From Bdellovibrionales bacterium (GTDB lineage: Bacteria > Bdellovibrionota > Bdellovibrionia > Bdellovibrionales > JAGQZY01): a DNA stretch of 64,000 nucleotides. The translations under genes were made by a program, and so were the position numbers. The DNA is taken from positions 1 through 64,000 of the forward strand of contig CBDCNX010000023.1 in assembly GCA_965219545.1 (NCBI GenBank). Direction: 5' to 3'. The first letter of the stretch is position 1; the number at the start of each line of letters is the position of its first letter. Under the pieces are notes generated by a model, which saw only the letters and a program-made list of their open reading frames with translations, made no database searches and had not been told where the DNA came from. Of the stretch, positions 19,502 to 29,010 are shown piece by piece.

Positions 19502-20367
19502 TCTCCCGCCTCCTGTTTGAAAAAAGACCGAATTGGATTTTACCTTTCTACAGATTTCTTTATCCACTTTTTATTATTAAGGAACTGTTACAGGAAAGGG
19601 ACTCGTTTTTTTACAGAGCTGAGTCAGAGCTTTGTTATCCCATTGAAATATTTTCCACTTTGTCCCTTCCAGTATTAAATGATTCAAATATTCATTTTTA
19701 TTTTAATTTCCTGTTGATTTCACTGCTCTTTTTATCCCTTGGAATCCTTACAAACATATCCGCATTACTTTCAAGTGGATTGTTTTTTTGGATCGTGGGC
19801 TCGACAATCAGTTGCTCCGCTATTGGCAGACCGCCCGTTTATATTCCATGGAATCATGCCATTGTTTTTTTTAATCTGATTGTTCTTTTCGTCTCACCTT
19901 CGGGAACGGGATTTTCAATTGACAGGTTTATTTTTCGCAAAAAAAATATTGAATTAAAAAACTGGCCGATTTTTTTATTAAAATTCAATTTGGTTTATTC
20001 CTATTTTGCCGGTGGAATTGCAAAACTCCAATATGGCCTGGACTGGATGAACGGCTACTCCCTCCAGACCCAACTAATATACAGACATATTGATCTGTAC
20101 ACTCCTTACGCTCTACCCATAATACACTCTCATCTCTTAGCTGTTGTAATTTCAATAATCGTCGTCATCACAGAGGTCCTGTTTCCATTATCCCTTTTTA
20201 ATAAAAAAATCGCATTTGTATGTATCAGTGGAAGTTTGGTATTTCAGGCCCTGTTTGCCTTTATTATTAAACTCAAGTGGATGCATTTTTTTGGATGGTC
20301 TTATTTTATTTATTTTCTGGAAGCAATGGCTTTTATAATAGCTGCAAAAAAATTAAAGAAAACATGA
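19498..20367 (+). CDS. HTTM (vitamin K-dependent gamma-carboxylase-like) domain membrane protein
   Basis: Polytopic membrane protein; YFAGGIAKLQYGLDWMNG matches the HTTM consensus (FFAGLaKLn.DWLnG). Confidence 0.45.
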   Translation: MISRLLFEKRPNWILPFYRFLYPLFIIKELLQERDSFFYRAESELCYPIEIFSTLSLPVLNDSNIHFYFNFLLISLLFLSLGILTNISALLSSGLFFWIVGSTISCSAIGRPPVYIPWNHAIVFFNLIVLFVSPSGTGFSIDRFIFRKKNIELKNWPIFLLKFNLVYSYFAGGIAKLQYGLDWMNGYSLQTQLIYRHIDLYTPYALPIIHSHLLAVVISIIVVITEVLFPLSLFNKKIAFVCISGSLVFQALFAFIIKLKWMHFFGWSYFIYFLEAMAFIIAAKKLKKT

Positions 20368-20369
20368 GG

Positions 20370-20475
20370 TATACTGAAGACCACTTGTTTTAAGCGGATT
20401 TTGACTAAAGAAATTCAGCATAGAATAAATGATCTTTGAGAGAAATTCCATGAAAATTCAAGCCGGACCAGTATA
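20370..20475. repeat. full-length TATACTGA...TCAGTATA MITE/REP-like element (copy B), inserted immediately after the stop codon of the HTTM gene
   Basis: About 95% identical to copy A over about 105 bp. Confidence 0.8.
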
Positions 20476-20549
20476 ACCGGATTCTTTCTTTAATTTGTTG
20501 CCATGTGAGATGAAAATCAAAAAGTTTCCAGTATATACTGATACCAGCA

Positions 20550-21884
20550 ATGCCAGAGAATCAGAAAACATCCCATCAATCACAATTAAGTTTTAAAAAA
20601 GCAATTTTTAATAAACGAATGCTTATTTGTCTTTTCAATGGAGCCAGTGCCGGACTTCCCCTCTTTTATATCTATCAACTGATCCCGGCCTGGTTGAGAT
20701 CAGAGAATGTGGATCTGAAGACCATTGGGCTTTTTGCTCTCGTTGGTATTCCATACAACTGGAAGTTTTTATGGGCTCCTCTTTTTGACCGCTACACCCT
20801 TCCTTTCCTGGGACTCAGACGGGGTTGGATGCTTGTCACCCAATTGGGTTGTCTGCTTTTTATGTTCTCAATGGCTTTTTTGGAACCACAGCAGTCCGTT
20901 TTTCTTATTGCCTGCTCAGCAATGACTCTGGCCTTTTTTTCAGCCAGTCAGGACACTGTCCTTGATGCCTACCGAAGAGAACTTTTACCGGATCGTGAAT
21001 TGGGACTGGGAAATGCCATGTACATGAATGGTTACAGAGTCATGGCCTTTATTCCCGGAGGTCTTGGTCTCATTCTGGCAGACCAACTGCCCTGGTCCCG
21101 GGTTCATTTTATCATTGGGAGTTTCATGCTTATCGGTGTTATTAAAACACTTGCCATCAATGAACTGAATAAAGGAACCAGTCCACCACAAAGCCTGAAA
21201 GAATCCATCGTTCAACCCATTAAAGAATTTTTTCACCGTAAAGGCTGGACAACAGGCTTTTTATTTCTCGCCTTTTTGTTTTTCTACAAACTGGGAGACA
21301 ATATGGCCACTTCCCTGTCCACGCCTTTTTATCTCGATGTGGGTTTTTCAAAAACAGTGATCGGTTCAACTGTAAAGGTTGTCAATTTTTCATCCATGCT
21401 TATTGGTTCCTTTATCGGAGGACTTGCCATTTACCGCTATGGTATCAACAAATGTCTCTGGATCTTTGGTTTTGTGCAAATGACTTCCATTTTTGGTTTT
21501 GCCGTTCTCAATGAAAGTGGTCCTGTCCTATGGATCCTGGCTTCCGTCATCGCCTTTGAATACCTGGGCGTGGGTCTTGGAGCTTCCGCTCTTCTGGCCT
21601 TTATGGCAAAAGCCACCAACATGAACTTCACGGCCACCCAGTTTGCCCTTTTTTCAAGCCTTATCACACTTCCGCGAACATTTGCCAATGCCCTCTGTGG
21701 TTTTATCATTGAAGGCATTGGACCCAATGACGGTCTTTTTTATAAAATTTTCGGCAATTTTCAGGGCCTTGGTTACACCTATTTTTTCATATTTTGCGGC
21801 TTTATGGCTCTCCCCGGAATGTTTCTTCTCTTCCGGGTGGCCCCGTGGAACGAAAATTCAGAAACAGAACCACATAAAAAATGA
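20550..21884 (+). CDS. ampG: AmpG family muropeptide MFS transporter
   Basis: 444 aa, about 12 TMs; N-terminal LFNGASAGLPLFYIYQLIPAWL matches the AmpG signature region. Confidence 0.8.
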   Translation: MPENQKTSHQSQLSFKKAIFNKRMLICLFNGASAGLPLFYIYQLIPAWLRSENVDLKTIGLFALVGIPYNWKFLWAPLFDRYTLPFLGLRRGWMLVTQLGCLLFMFSMAFLEPQQSVFLIACSAMTLAFFSASQDTVLDAYRRELLPDRELGLGNAMYMNGYRVMAFIPGGLGLILADQLPWSRVHFIIGSFMLIGVIKTLAINELNKGTSPPQSLKESIVQPIKEFFHRKGWTTGFLFLAFLFFYKLGDNMATSLSTPFYLDVGFSKTVIGSTVKVVNFSSMLIGSFIGGLAIYRYGINKCLWIFGFVQMTSIFGFAVLNESGPVLWILASVIAFEYLGVGLGASALLAFMAKATNMNFTATQFALFSSLITLPRTFANALCGFIIEGIGPNDGLFYKIFGNFQGLGYTYFFIFCGFMALPGMFLLFRVAPWNENSETEPHKK

Positions 21885-22549
21885 ACGCTTCTGTCCTTAT
21901 CATTTTCGTCTTTTTTTGCTATTTTTTCGGTTATCGTTTTTATTCCAAATATCTGACGGAAAAACTTTTTGAGCTTAAAAACAACAACGGCACCACTCCT
22001 GCCGAGAACCTCAATGACAACAGAGATTATGTTCCCACCAAAAAGACGGTCTTATGGGGGCACCATTTTGCATCCATTGCCGGAGCGGCTCCCATCGTCG
22101 GCCCCGCAGTGGCTATCATCTGGGGCTGGGTCCCCGCCCTGATCTGGATTGTGTTCGGGACTCTCTTTATGGGGGCGGTCCATGATTTTGGAGCCCTGGT
22201 TTTATCAATGAAACAAAATGGAAAATCCCTTGCCACAATTTCCGGGGAACTCATTTCACAAAGAGTGAAAAGACTGTTTCTTGTGGTTGTTCTATTCCTG
22301 GTCTGGATGGTGATTGCTGTCTTTGCTCTTGTCATTGCCAATCTCTTTGTTAGTTTCCCCGGCTCTGTTCTGCCTGTGAATTTCCAAATCCTTGTGGCCC
22401 TTGCAATTGGTTTTTATTTTAATCGTCGGGGTAAAAAGATTCTGATCCCCTCCATTATCGCCCAGATTCTTTTAAGGAAAAAACATAAAAGCCTACTTCA
22501 TTCCCTTTCTATTTATCTTCGTTGTAACTTCCGTTGGTTTGGGTCTTAA
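21881..22549 (+). pseudogene. cstA: carbon starvation protein CstA, N-terminal roughly 190 aa only (truncated/remnant)
   Basis: GHHFASIAGAAPIVGPAVAIIWGWVPALIWIVFGTLFMGAVHDFGALVLSM is the conserved CstA N-terminal core. The frame ends after 222 aa. Short CstA-like pieces follow in other frames (22545-22700). Full CstA is about 500-700 aa. Confidence 0.55.
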
Positions 22550-22835
22550 TGCCATTGAATTTTTCAGGGGAAACAATGAATTTTTGGGAATCATTGCCGG
22601 TATTTTGCTGATTATTGAACTGTGGATTATCCTTGAAGCCTGGACTTCATTGAAGAAAATCCACAATAACCAAAGAAATCTCTTTCAGAAATTGCATTAG
22701 AACTGACAAAAGGCGTTAAGCCCTGATTGCTTTATTCATACCTATGTGCAACAACATCCATTCTTCCCTGGAGCAAAAGTGTTTGAATTGGAAACACATA
22801 TAAGAAAAATAAAAAAGATAAGAAGGAGTGACCCG

Positions 22836-23654
22836 ATGGAAACAATAAAAACACTTCCGATGTTGTTCGTTGTATTCTCAATTTTAATAATCATCAATGC
22901 GACAAAGTGTGTTCCTGTGGGACATTTAGGTGTTATAAAATATTGGGGGGAAGTCAATCATAATATGGTTTTAAAAGAAGGGCTTAATTTTGTCACTCCC
23001 ATAAGAACCACAGTGGAATATATAAACGTAAAGCTATTGAAATTTGACCAACAGGCACAGGCTTCCTCAAAAGACCTGCAAACTGTTTCCACTATTGTAA
23101 CCGTTCAGTATTCCATTGGAAACGTGTCCAATGTGTATCAGAAAATTGGAAGAGAGAATAATGTGACAGAAATCCTTCTAAAACCGGCGGTGGAGGAAAG
23201 TGTAAAAGCGGTGACGGCCAAATACACGGCGGAAGAGTTGATAACAATGAGGCCGGAAGTGAAAAGCCACATAGGCAAAACAATAGTGTCTTTCCTGGAG
23301 GACACTCTCAACGGGAAAGGTCTTGCCGTTGATTCCTTAAAAGTTGCAAACACAGCCATCACGGATTTTGATTTCTCAAATGAATTCAACAAATCCATTG
23401 AATTGAAAGTTCGGGCTGAACAACAGGCTTTGCAGGCTAAAAATGAAAAACTCAAAAAAATCACAGACGCAGAGGCTATTGCGGAAAAAATAAAAATTGA
23501 ATCCATTGCCAGAGCCAATGCCATAAAAAGAGAGGCTCAGGCCCTACGGGAAAACCCCCTGCTCATTGAATATAGAAGAATAGAAAAATGGGACGGAAAA
23601 CTTCCGGAAGTGACCGGAGGAGCCATCCCCATGTTCAATATAAAAAACAAATAG
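22836..23654 (+). CDS. SPFH/band-7 (prohibitin-like) membrane protein
   Basis: N-terminal TM, then LGVIKYWGEVNHNMVLKEGLNFVTPIRTTVEYINVK and an AEA/QQ-rich coiled coil typical of SPFH proteins. Alternative upstream start at 22746. Confidence 0.7.
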   Translation: METIKTLPMLFVVFSILIIINATKCVPVGHLGVIKYWGEVNHNMVLKEGLNFVTPIRTTVEYINVKLLKFDQQAQASSKDLQTVSTIVTVQYSIGNVSNVYQKIGRENNVTEILLKPAVEESVKAVTAKYTAEELITMRPEVKSHIGKTIVSFLEDTLNGKGLAVDSLKVANTAITDFDFSNEFNKSIELKVRAEQQALQAKNEKLKKITDAEAIAEKIKIESIARANAIKREAQALRENPLLIEYRRIEKWDGKLPEVTGGAIPMFNIKNK

Positions 23655-23889
23655 TCGATGTGTTACTGATACCAATGGTACATTCAATATTGCCAACCCT
23701 CCAACCTTACCCGGTGCCATCGTTAATTACTATGTGTGTGCGGTCGGTCCTGGGGGAAAAGACCCGATAACCACAATCACACGAGCTAATCCAGACCCCT
23801 GATAAATACCACTACACCATAAAATTTAAGAATTATGAGAAGAATAAAAAGATGTTTTCCAGACTCGATAGAACCTTTTTCAGAAGTGG

Positions 23890-24402
23890 TTATAAACTCT
23901 CAAAAGTGCGGCGGCGGCGGTTTTTTCTCACATGGGGGACTTTAAAGATCTGATTGTGAAAGGAAACATAAAAACCGGGACTTACAATCTGACAGAGACA
24001 GAGGGCCTCAATAAAGTTCTGGGCGGCATCAGAGTCCTCAAAACCCATGGGCTTCATGGCTCCTGTAAAAACCACGGAAACAGGAGGACTGGAACACTGG
24101 TCATAACAATATCCCGCTGTTTCAACCATGGTGTCCGTTCCATGGAGAACGACAATGGGTTGTTTTTTTTGGAAACAATTAAAAATTCTCTGCCAGATTT
24201 TTTCACGATCCCCGTCTGTCATGTGAAGGGAGTCTTTTGCCATGATTTCCTCCAGATGAACTTTTGTATGGGGCAAACGCAGACGTGACAATAAGCCCTT
24301 TTTCAGACGGGATTGGCGGTTTTTAAGGGAACCATCATACTCACTGTAGCATTTTTCAATGGTCCCCCCTGTTGTTAAAATAATAATTCTTTTCTTATCC
24401 AT
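23890..24402 (-). CDS. L-asparaginase family N-terminal-domain protein (170 aa; possibly truncated)
   Basis: IIILTTGGTIE...HGTDTM...VVFTGAMKP motifs of the asparaginase N-domain; no C-domain is present. Confidence 0.45.
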   Translation of the reverse strand: MDKKRIIILTTGGTIEKCYSEYDGSLKNRQSRLKKGLLSRLRLPHTKVHLEEIMAKDSLHMTDGDREKIWQRIFNCFQKKQPIVVLHGTDTMVETAGYCYDQCSSPPVSVVFTGAMKPMGFEDSDAAQNFIEALCLCQIVSPGFYVSFHNQIFKVPHVRKNRRRRTFESL

Positions 24403-24445
24403 TTTTCACACAAATATTTAAAATTCTTAAAAACCCAACATAATA

Positions 24446-24487
24446 TATACACTGATTGCGTTTGAAATTTCAAACATGATCAGTATA
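24446..24487. repeat. short hairpin member of the TATACTGA family (about 20-bp inverted arms)
   Basis: tatacactgattgcgtttgaaatttcaaacatgatcagtata forms a perfect-stem palindrome with the family termini. Confidence 0.6.
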
Positions 24488-24499
24488 AATGGCCCCTGC

Positions 24500-25504
24500 T
24501 TATTTTGACTTGCCGTAATTTTTAAAAACAGGAACCTGCCGGGGTTGTGACTGATTTTTCCTGTTTTGTTCAAAGCTCTGAAAGGCAAAACCCGTTGCCA
24601 GGACAGAGAGACCGACCCAAAACCATTTTGACTCATAAAATCCTATTTTCTTTTTCCCCTTTGTTTTTTCCGTATCCACACTCACCTGCTGATTTATCTG
24701 ATTTTGACGATGGGAGGGTTTTTGGACCAGAGCCGGTCTCCCCTCATCCCTGCTGTTTGAAACACAGTCATCCAGAAGATAACTCCATTTCCAACCGGGA
24801 TTGATATCCTTATTTAAAACAGGTCGGTGACAGCTTCCCTGGGCCAAAGCAACGGGTTTGATAATCAGTTTTCCCAATTGTTTTGGATGAGTCACATAAT
24901 AAACGGGAAGATAGCGATTGGAGAGAAACTGAATCCGTTGAACCGCTCCCACTGTTTTTATAAAACCCGAATGCCCTTTCTGACTCTTTCCATTCACAAA
25001 AACCCTGTCAAAAAGATCAGCCTGTTTTGGAAGTTGCCAGACATACTGAATCATTTTCTTTCTCAATTTTCCGTAATCCTCAATAAGGGGAGGAGGGAAA
25101 AGTTTGGGGTCAGGCTCTTTGCCATACTCAAAGGCAACAGCCTGTTTCAACCAGGATTGTTTTTGAGCCTTATCTTTTTCCAATTGAGAGAGCCTCATAA
25201 GGGCATAATGAATCCCATCCCTTTCCCTTGAATCCCAATTGGCCTGATGTTGAAGTTCAGCCATTTTTTTAAAATGCTCCAGAGCCTTTTCAAGATTTCC
25301 ATTGAGAAAATGAAACTGTCCCAGTTTTAATTCATTGAGAAGTTCATAGGTCAGGTCCGTTTTTTGGGAGGTATGATACTGAATAAAGGACTGACTTTGG
25401 GGGTTTTCCAACAAGTGTTTCCGGTATCTGATATCTGAGGTCTGTTCAGACTGAATCACCACTTCCCTGGCCCACAGATTCATTATCACAAGCAAGAAAA
25501 TCAT
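24500..25504 (-). CDS. hypothetical membrane-anchored helical/TPR-like protein
   Basis: 334 aa; N-terminal hydrophobic segment and a C-terminal TM (WFWVGLSVLATGFAF); adjacent to pilin-like genes. Confidence 0.3.
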   Translation of the reverse strand: MIFLLVIMNLWAREVVIQSEQTSDIRYRKHLLENPQSQSFIQYHTSQKTDLTYELLNELKLGQFHFLNGNLEKALEHFKKMAELQHQANWDSRERDGIHYALMRLSQLEKDKAQKQSWLKQAVAFEYGKEPDPKLFPPPLIEDYGKLRKKMIQYVWQLPKQADLFDRVFVNGKSQKGHSGFIKTVGAVQRIQFLSNRYLPVYYVTHPKQLGKLIIKPVALAQGSCHRPVLNKDINPGWKWSYLLDDCVSNSRDEGRPALVQKPSHRQNQINQQVSVDTEKTKGKKKIGFYESKWFWVGLSVLATGFAFQSFEQNRKNQSQPRQVPVFKNYGKSK

Positions 25505-25507
25505 GAT

Positions 25508-26032
25508 TTACTCCGATTCAAAAACAACGGCCCTTTTGATCGTTTTGGATCTTTTTTTGACAAACCGGGTTCCCACGGATTTTGGATTTCTCACACTCAC
25601 ATAAAATTCTCCAGGGTATCCGGTAATTCTATGGGCTTCGTCCGCCGGAAGTAATACATTAAAATGACCGGGATTGCCAGGACTTCTGACAAGTTTCACT
25701 TTATAAGCAATACGAAAAGTCTTTTCTCCGGGACTGAGAGGGGTTGAATAAAGGTCAACCACCCCATACTGTCCAATAATCTGATCCAGGGATTCATTAT
25801 TGGCCACCCGAATGGGAACCAAACTCTGGCCTTCAGGAATAAAAATATCAATACTTTCAGTGGTTTGTTTATTCACCTGGGTTTTTTTCACCGGTTTTCC
25901 AAATTGTGTCAAAAAAGCAATAAATCCCAGGACCATGGCCACAACAGCAATGGCATTGACGCTGGTTTTAGAACCTGAAATGATGAGTTTTTCTTTGAAT
26001 CTTGTAACTATTGTAACGGGATTCAATTTCAT
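25508..26032 (-). CDS. hypothetical membrane-anchored protein (possible CpaB/RcpC-like Flp pilus assembly component)
   Basis: 174 aa; one N-terminal TM then a beta-rich domain; gene-order context only. Confidence 0.25.
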   Translation of the reverse strand: MKLNPVTIVTRFKEKLIISGSKTSVNAIAVVAMVLGFIAFLTQFGKPVKKTQVNKQTTESIDIFIPEGQSLVPIRVANNESLDQIIGQYGVVDLYSTPLSPGEKTFRIAYKVKLVRSPGNPGHFNVLLPADEAHRITGYPGEFYVSVRNPKSVGTRFVKKRSKTIKRAVVFESE

Positions 26033-26062
26033 GGCAGGACCCCAAAGTGATGAAAAACAAAC

Positions 26063-26923
26063 TTAAAAAAGCAGCGAGGACAAGGGTTTCAAAGAATGTC
26101 TGCCCTTTCCCATTGCCGAGTACCATTTCAAACCTCCTTTGTGTGGATGACTTTCACAATGCCCCCTCCATCTTTTTCCCATGGGGATTATCCAATCCAT
26201 CCAGTCCGGAAATACAGAGCTTAAAGCCACATTCCATCTGACTTCATGGGTTTGGTTTTTGGAATGATTTTTTTCTCTTTTATAAACCGGAGCTATATCA
26301 TTGACGGTAATTCCAAGCTGGGAATCCTTCCATAGAACTTTAAAGACGGGAATTCTGTAAACAGATCCGGGCCATATCCCCATGATTTTCCTGAAACGCC
26401 TGTTCATTTTTGTCTTTAAACGAAAAAGTTCTGATCGGGACAAAACAGCCCCCCAGTAAAACAAGGATTTTTGTTTGAGTCTTAAAACTTTTTGTTTGGC
26501 AAGCACTCCCTTTCTTTTCAAAAAAGCGGAGGCTTTGACCGATGGAGTCCCCGTTAAAATGAGAAGATCCAAAGCCTTTTTCTTTAAAATCAGAGACTTT
26601 GCCAACCCGTTAAGCCCCAGAAGTTTTTCATTATTATCCACCAGAAATTTCTGAGACCTCAGAACGGATTCATAGCAGAGGTTATCAAGCTGGTGTTTTT
26701 GGTTTATAAACCAAAGAGACCAGAAAACCCCAAAAACAAGAATAAAAATAAAGGGAGTTAAAGAAACCAGGGAAATTGTCACAAAACCCCTGTCCACGGA
26801 CTTTGTGGAAGCGGAGATTCGTCCGGTTTTCAAAACATTATAAAAAAAACCATTATTTTTCATTGAGTGCCTCCAAATCGCTGATCTTAATGGGAAGTCT
26901 GAGTTTCTCAAAAATCTCCCCAT
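26063..26923 (-). CDS. hypothetical membrane protein (possible TadG-like)
   Basis: 286 aa; TM around residues 50-75; overlaps the TadE-like gene by 70 nt; context only. Confidence 0.25.
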   Translation of the reverse strand: MGRFLRNSDFPLRSAIWRHSMKNNGFFYNVLKTGRISASTKSVDRGFVTISLVSLTPFIFILVFGVFWSLWFINQKHQLDNLCYESVLRSQKFLVDNNEKLLGLNGLAKSLILKKKALDLLILTGTPSVKASAFLKRKGVLAKQKVLRLKQKSLFYWGAVLSRSELFRLKTKMNRRFRKIMGIWPGSVYRIPVFKVLWKDSQLGITVNDIAPVYKREKNHSKNQTHEVRWNVALSSVFPDWMDWIIPMGKRWRGHCESHPHKGGLKWYSAMGKGRHSLKPLSSLLF

Positions 26924-27260
26924 CAGATAAAAAGGGAGTGTTTGTTTTTACCCGAACCCGCACCTGCTTTTCATTTTTATGAAATTCAGTGATGGAAAAT
27001 CTGGAAAAAGGAATAAGACCCAGTCTCTTTTTAAGTTGATCCTTACAGAAAAAAAGATCATTTTCCCTGACCAGACAGAGGGCTGACTGATAAGTCCAGT
27101 GATCAAAAAGATAACGGCTTCCAAGATGATGAAAACCAAGCATCAGGGAACAAAACACCATAAGAAGAAAGGGCAACACCAAAATACTTTCCAAAACCGC
27201 CTGTCCCCCGGATTTTACAGGATCAAAAAATTTATGGAAAATACGTTTTAATACAAACAC
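26853..27260 (-). CDS. TadE-like pseudopilin family protein
   Basis: SGGQAVLESILVLPFLLMVFCSLMLGF is a TadE-type N-terminus (G-x4-E plus a hydrophobic, Pro-containing TM). Confidence 0.5.
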   Translation of the reverse strand: MFVLKRIFHKFFDPVKSGGQAVLESILVLPFLLMVFCSLMLGFHHLGSRYLFDHWTYQSALCLVRENDLFFCKDQLKKRLGLIPFSRFSITEFHKNEKQVRVRVKTNTPFLSDGEIFEKLRLPIKISDLEALNEK

Positions 27261-27533
27261 TCACCGACTCCGATGGGAACGGGAACCCCGAAAAAAATTC
27301 CCCATATCCTTTTTTTGAATATCCTCTTTTCCTATCTTTTCAAACTTGACCCGGACATTGGATTTTCCTCCCTGAAGAGACTGGATAATGGTTGCCAGCT
27401 TCCCCCTGGTCGTCTGCGATAAAATCCTCATCACTCCCATGGTGGCCACAGCCATAAGAGCTACAATCACCATATATTCTATTAAACTCTGACCCCTGTT
27501 ATTTTGCTTTAAACCAATAGGTTTCATGTTCAT
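27261..27533 (-). CDS. Flp/Fap family type IVb pilin precursor
   Basis: NNRG|QSLIEYMVIVALMAVATMGV matches the Flp prepilin G/xxxxEY processing motif and hydrophobic stretch; immediately upstream of the TadE-like gene. Confidence 0.5.
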   Translation of the reverse strand: MNMKPIGLKQNNRGQSLIEYMVIVALMAVATMGVMRILSQTTRGKLATIIQSLQGGKSNVRVKFEKIGKEDIQKKDMGNFFRGSRSHRSR

Positions 27534-27544
27534 CTCCTTTTTAA

Positions 27545-27615
27545 GAGACCATTTGTTTTAAGCAGACCCCCTTAAAAAAGGTATCCGGCTTGGAATAAAT
27601 GATCTTTTATCCAGG
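27545..27615. repeat. degenerate partial copy of the TATACTGA-family element (tail region) just upstream of the flp pilin gene
   Basis: agagaccatttgttttaagcag...ggaataaatgatctttt aligns to the tail module of copies A and B. Confidence 0.45.
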
Positions 27616-28060
27616 TTTATGCAAAAACCTGGAACGGCCTTTCCCCCAAAAAAAAGCCCTGGATTAAAATAATTCCAAAAATCGGATCCCAAAGACTGGA
27701 TTCAAAACAGATATATCAATATATATGGGAATATATAGGACATATTTACTGTTCCATATATATTAGGACATTACTCTATCGAAAATCCTTTATCTTCCAT
27801 GCGGCCGTCAGGCAGAGGACCACAAACTTGCCGATGGAATCTCTTTGATCCTCAAAGAATCTTTTTCAGCCAAATTTACCCATAATGGCCTCTCCGTTTG
27901 TCATTTTTATAGACACTTATAGTGACAATTTACTTAAATCTCTGGCACAGCATCCAGAAACCTTCTGCAAAGGACTGAAATTAAAGGATTTCTTATTGTT
28001 CCATTTTGGCACATTCCATGAACATAAGAAGATTAAAAAGAAAAGATAAACATTTATCAA

Positions 28061-28759
28061 GTGAGGTACAAAATGAAACAGAAAATGACTCTAGGACTTC
28101 TGGTTTTTTTCCTGGGAATTCTGATCACCGCCTGCGGTAGCAAGAAAAACAATGGTGGCAATGGTTGGAATCCGGATCGTGACCGTTTTGAAGACATAAG
28201 AATCCCCGAAGATTGTAACGGCCGTTGTGAAAGAACAGTGCATGCGACATTTTACGTCGAAGATAAAAATGAATATGCCGATATGTTTGGCTATCAGCCC
28301 TATGAAGGAAATGACCATATCGGAAATGTTCCTGACTTTGAAAGTTTTAATTGGGAATCATATCTTGCCACTATTTTTATAGGCAATGTGCTTGATCCCC
28401 TTCTTAGATGTGGTTCAACTATAATTACCGCCAAACTTTTAAGAAAGTTACTCCGTAGAGGTGGTAATGCTGAAGTGAGAGCCTTCTGTCGATCTGGTGG
28501 TGGCTACGATGATGATATTGATGACTCCTATGGTGTGGATATTGAATTCAATTTTGACGAAAGAGTCAGTGGTAACGGAATTGATTCCATCGATCTGAAA
28601 GTTAAAAGAGACAGATCAAGGGATCTCATAGAATTTGATCGTCGCCAAAGTGACCATGTTTTTTACGATCACAGTGGAGATTACGAGCTTGAAATTGATG
28701 GAGACAGAATTTATATCACAGGTCCTTCCAACACAGAAGTGGGCTTCATCGAAAAATAA
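28061..28759 (+). CDS. hypothetical acidic lipoprotein
   Basis: Signal peptide with lipobox LITACGS; D/E-rich C-terminal half with repeated D-x-D/G patterns, possibly cation-binding. Confidence 0.4.
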   Translation: MRYKMKQKMTLGLLVFFLGILITACGSKKNNGGNGWNPDRDRFEDIRIPEDCNGRCERTVHATFYVEDKNEYADMFGYQPYEGNDHIGNVPDFESFNWESYLATIFIGNVLDPLLRCGSTIITAKLLRKLLRRGGNAEVRAFCRSGGGYDDDIDDSYGVDIEFNFDERVSGNGIDSIDLKVKRDRSRDLIEFDRRQSDHVFYDHSGDYELEIDGDRIYITGPSNTEVGFIEK

Positions 28760-28784
28760 GACCGGATTCACATAAAGAATTTAA

Positions 28785-28818
28785 AAAACGCAAACCAAAC
28801 ACGGTTTGCGTTTTTTTA
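28785..28818 (+). terminator. Rho-independent terminator downstream of the acidic lipoprotein gene
   Basis: aacgcaaacc-aaacac-ggtttgcgtt stem-loop followed by T7. Confidence 0.65.
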
Positions 28819-28930
28819 TGGACAATCCGCTAGTGGTTTGTCCTAACAGTGAACCCCATAAAAAATCAAATACGATCACTACATCTAACCTCATCACTGA
28901 TTTCATTCCTATATATTTCTCTTTAAAAAA

Positions 28931-29002
28931 ATACTAAAAATCATTTATTTTTCATGCTATTTCCATAGAGAAATTCCATGAAAATTCAAACCGGATCAGT
29001 AT
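28931..29002. repeat. partial TATACTGA-family element (arm plus tail type 2) at the 3' end of the VWA lipoprotein array
   Basis: atactaaaaatcatttatttttcatgctatttccatagagaaattccatgaaaattcaaaccggatcagtata is the reverse complement of the right part of copy C (44155-44291). Confidence 0.65.
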
Positions 29003-29010
29003 AAAATCCC

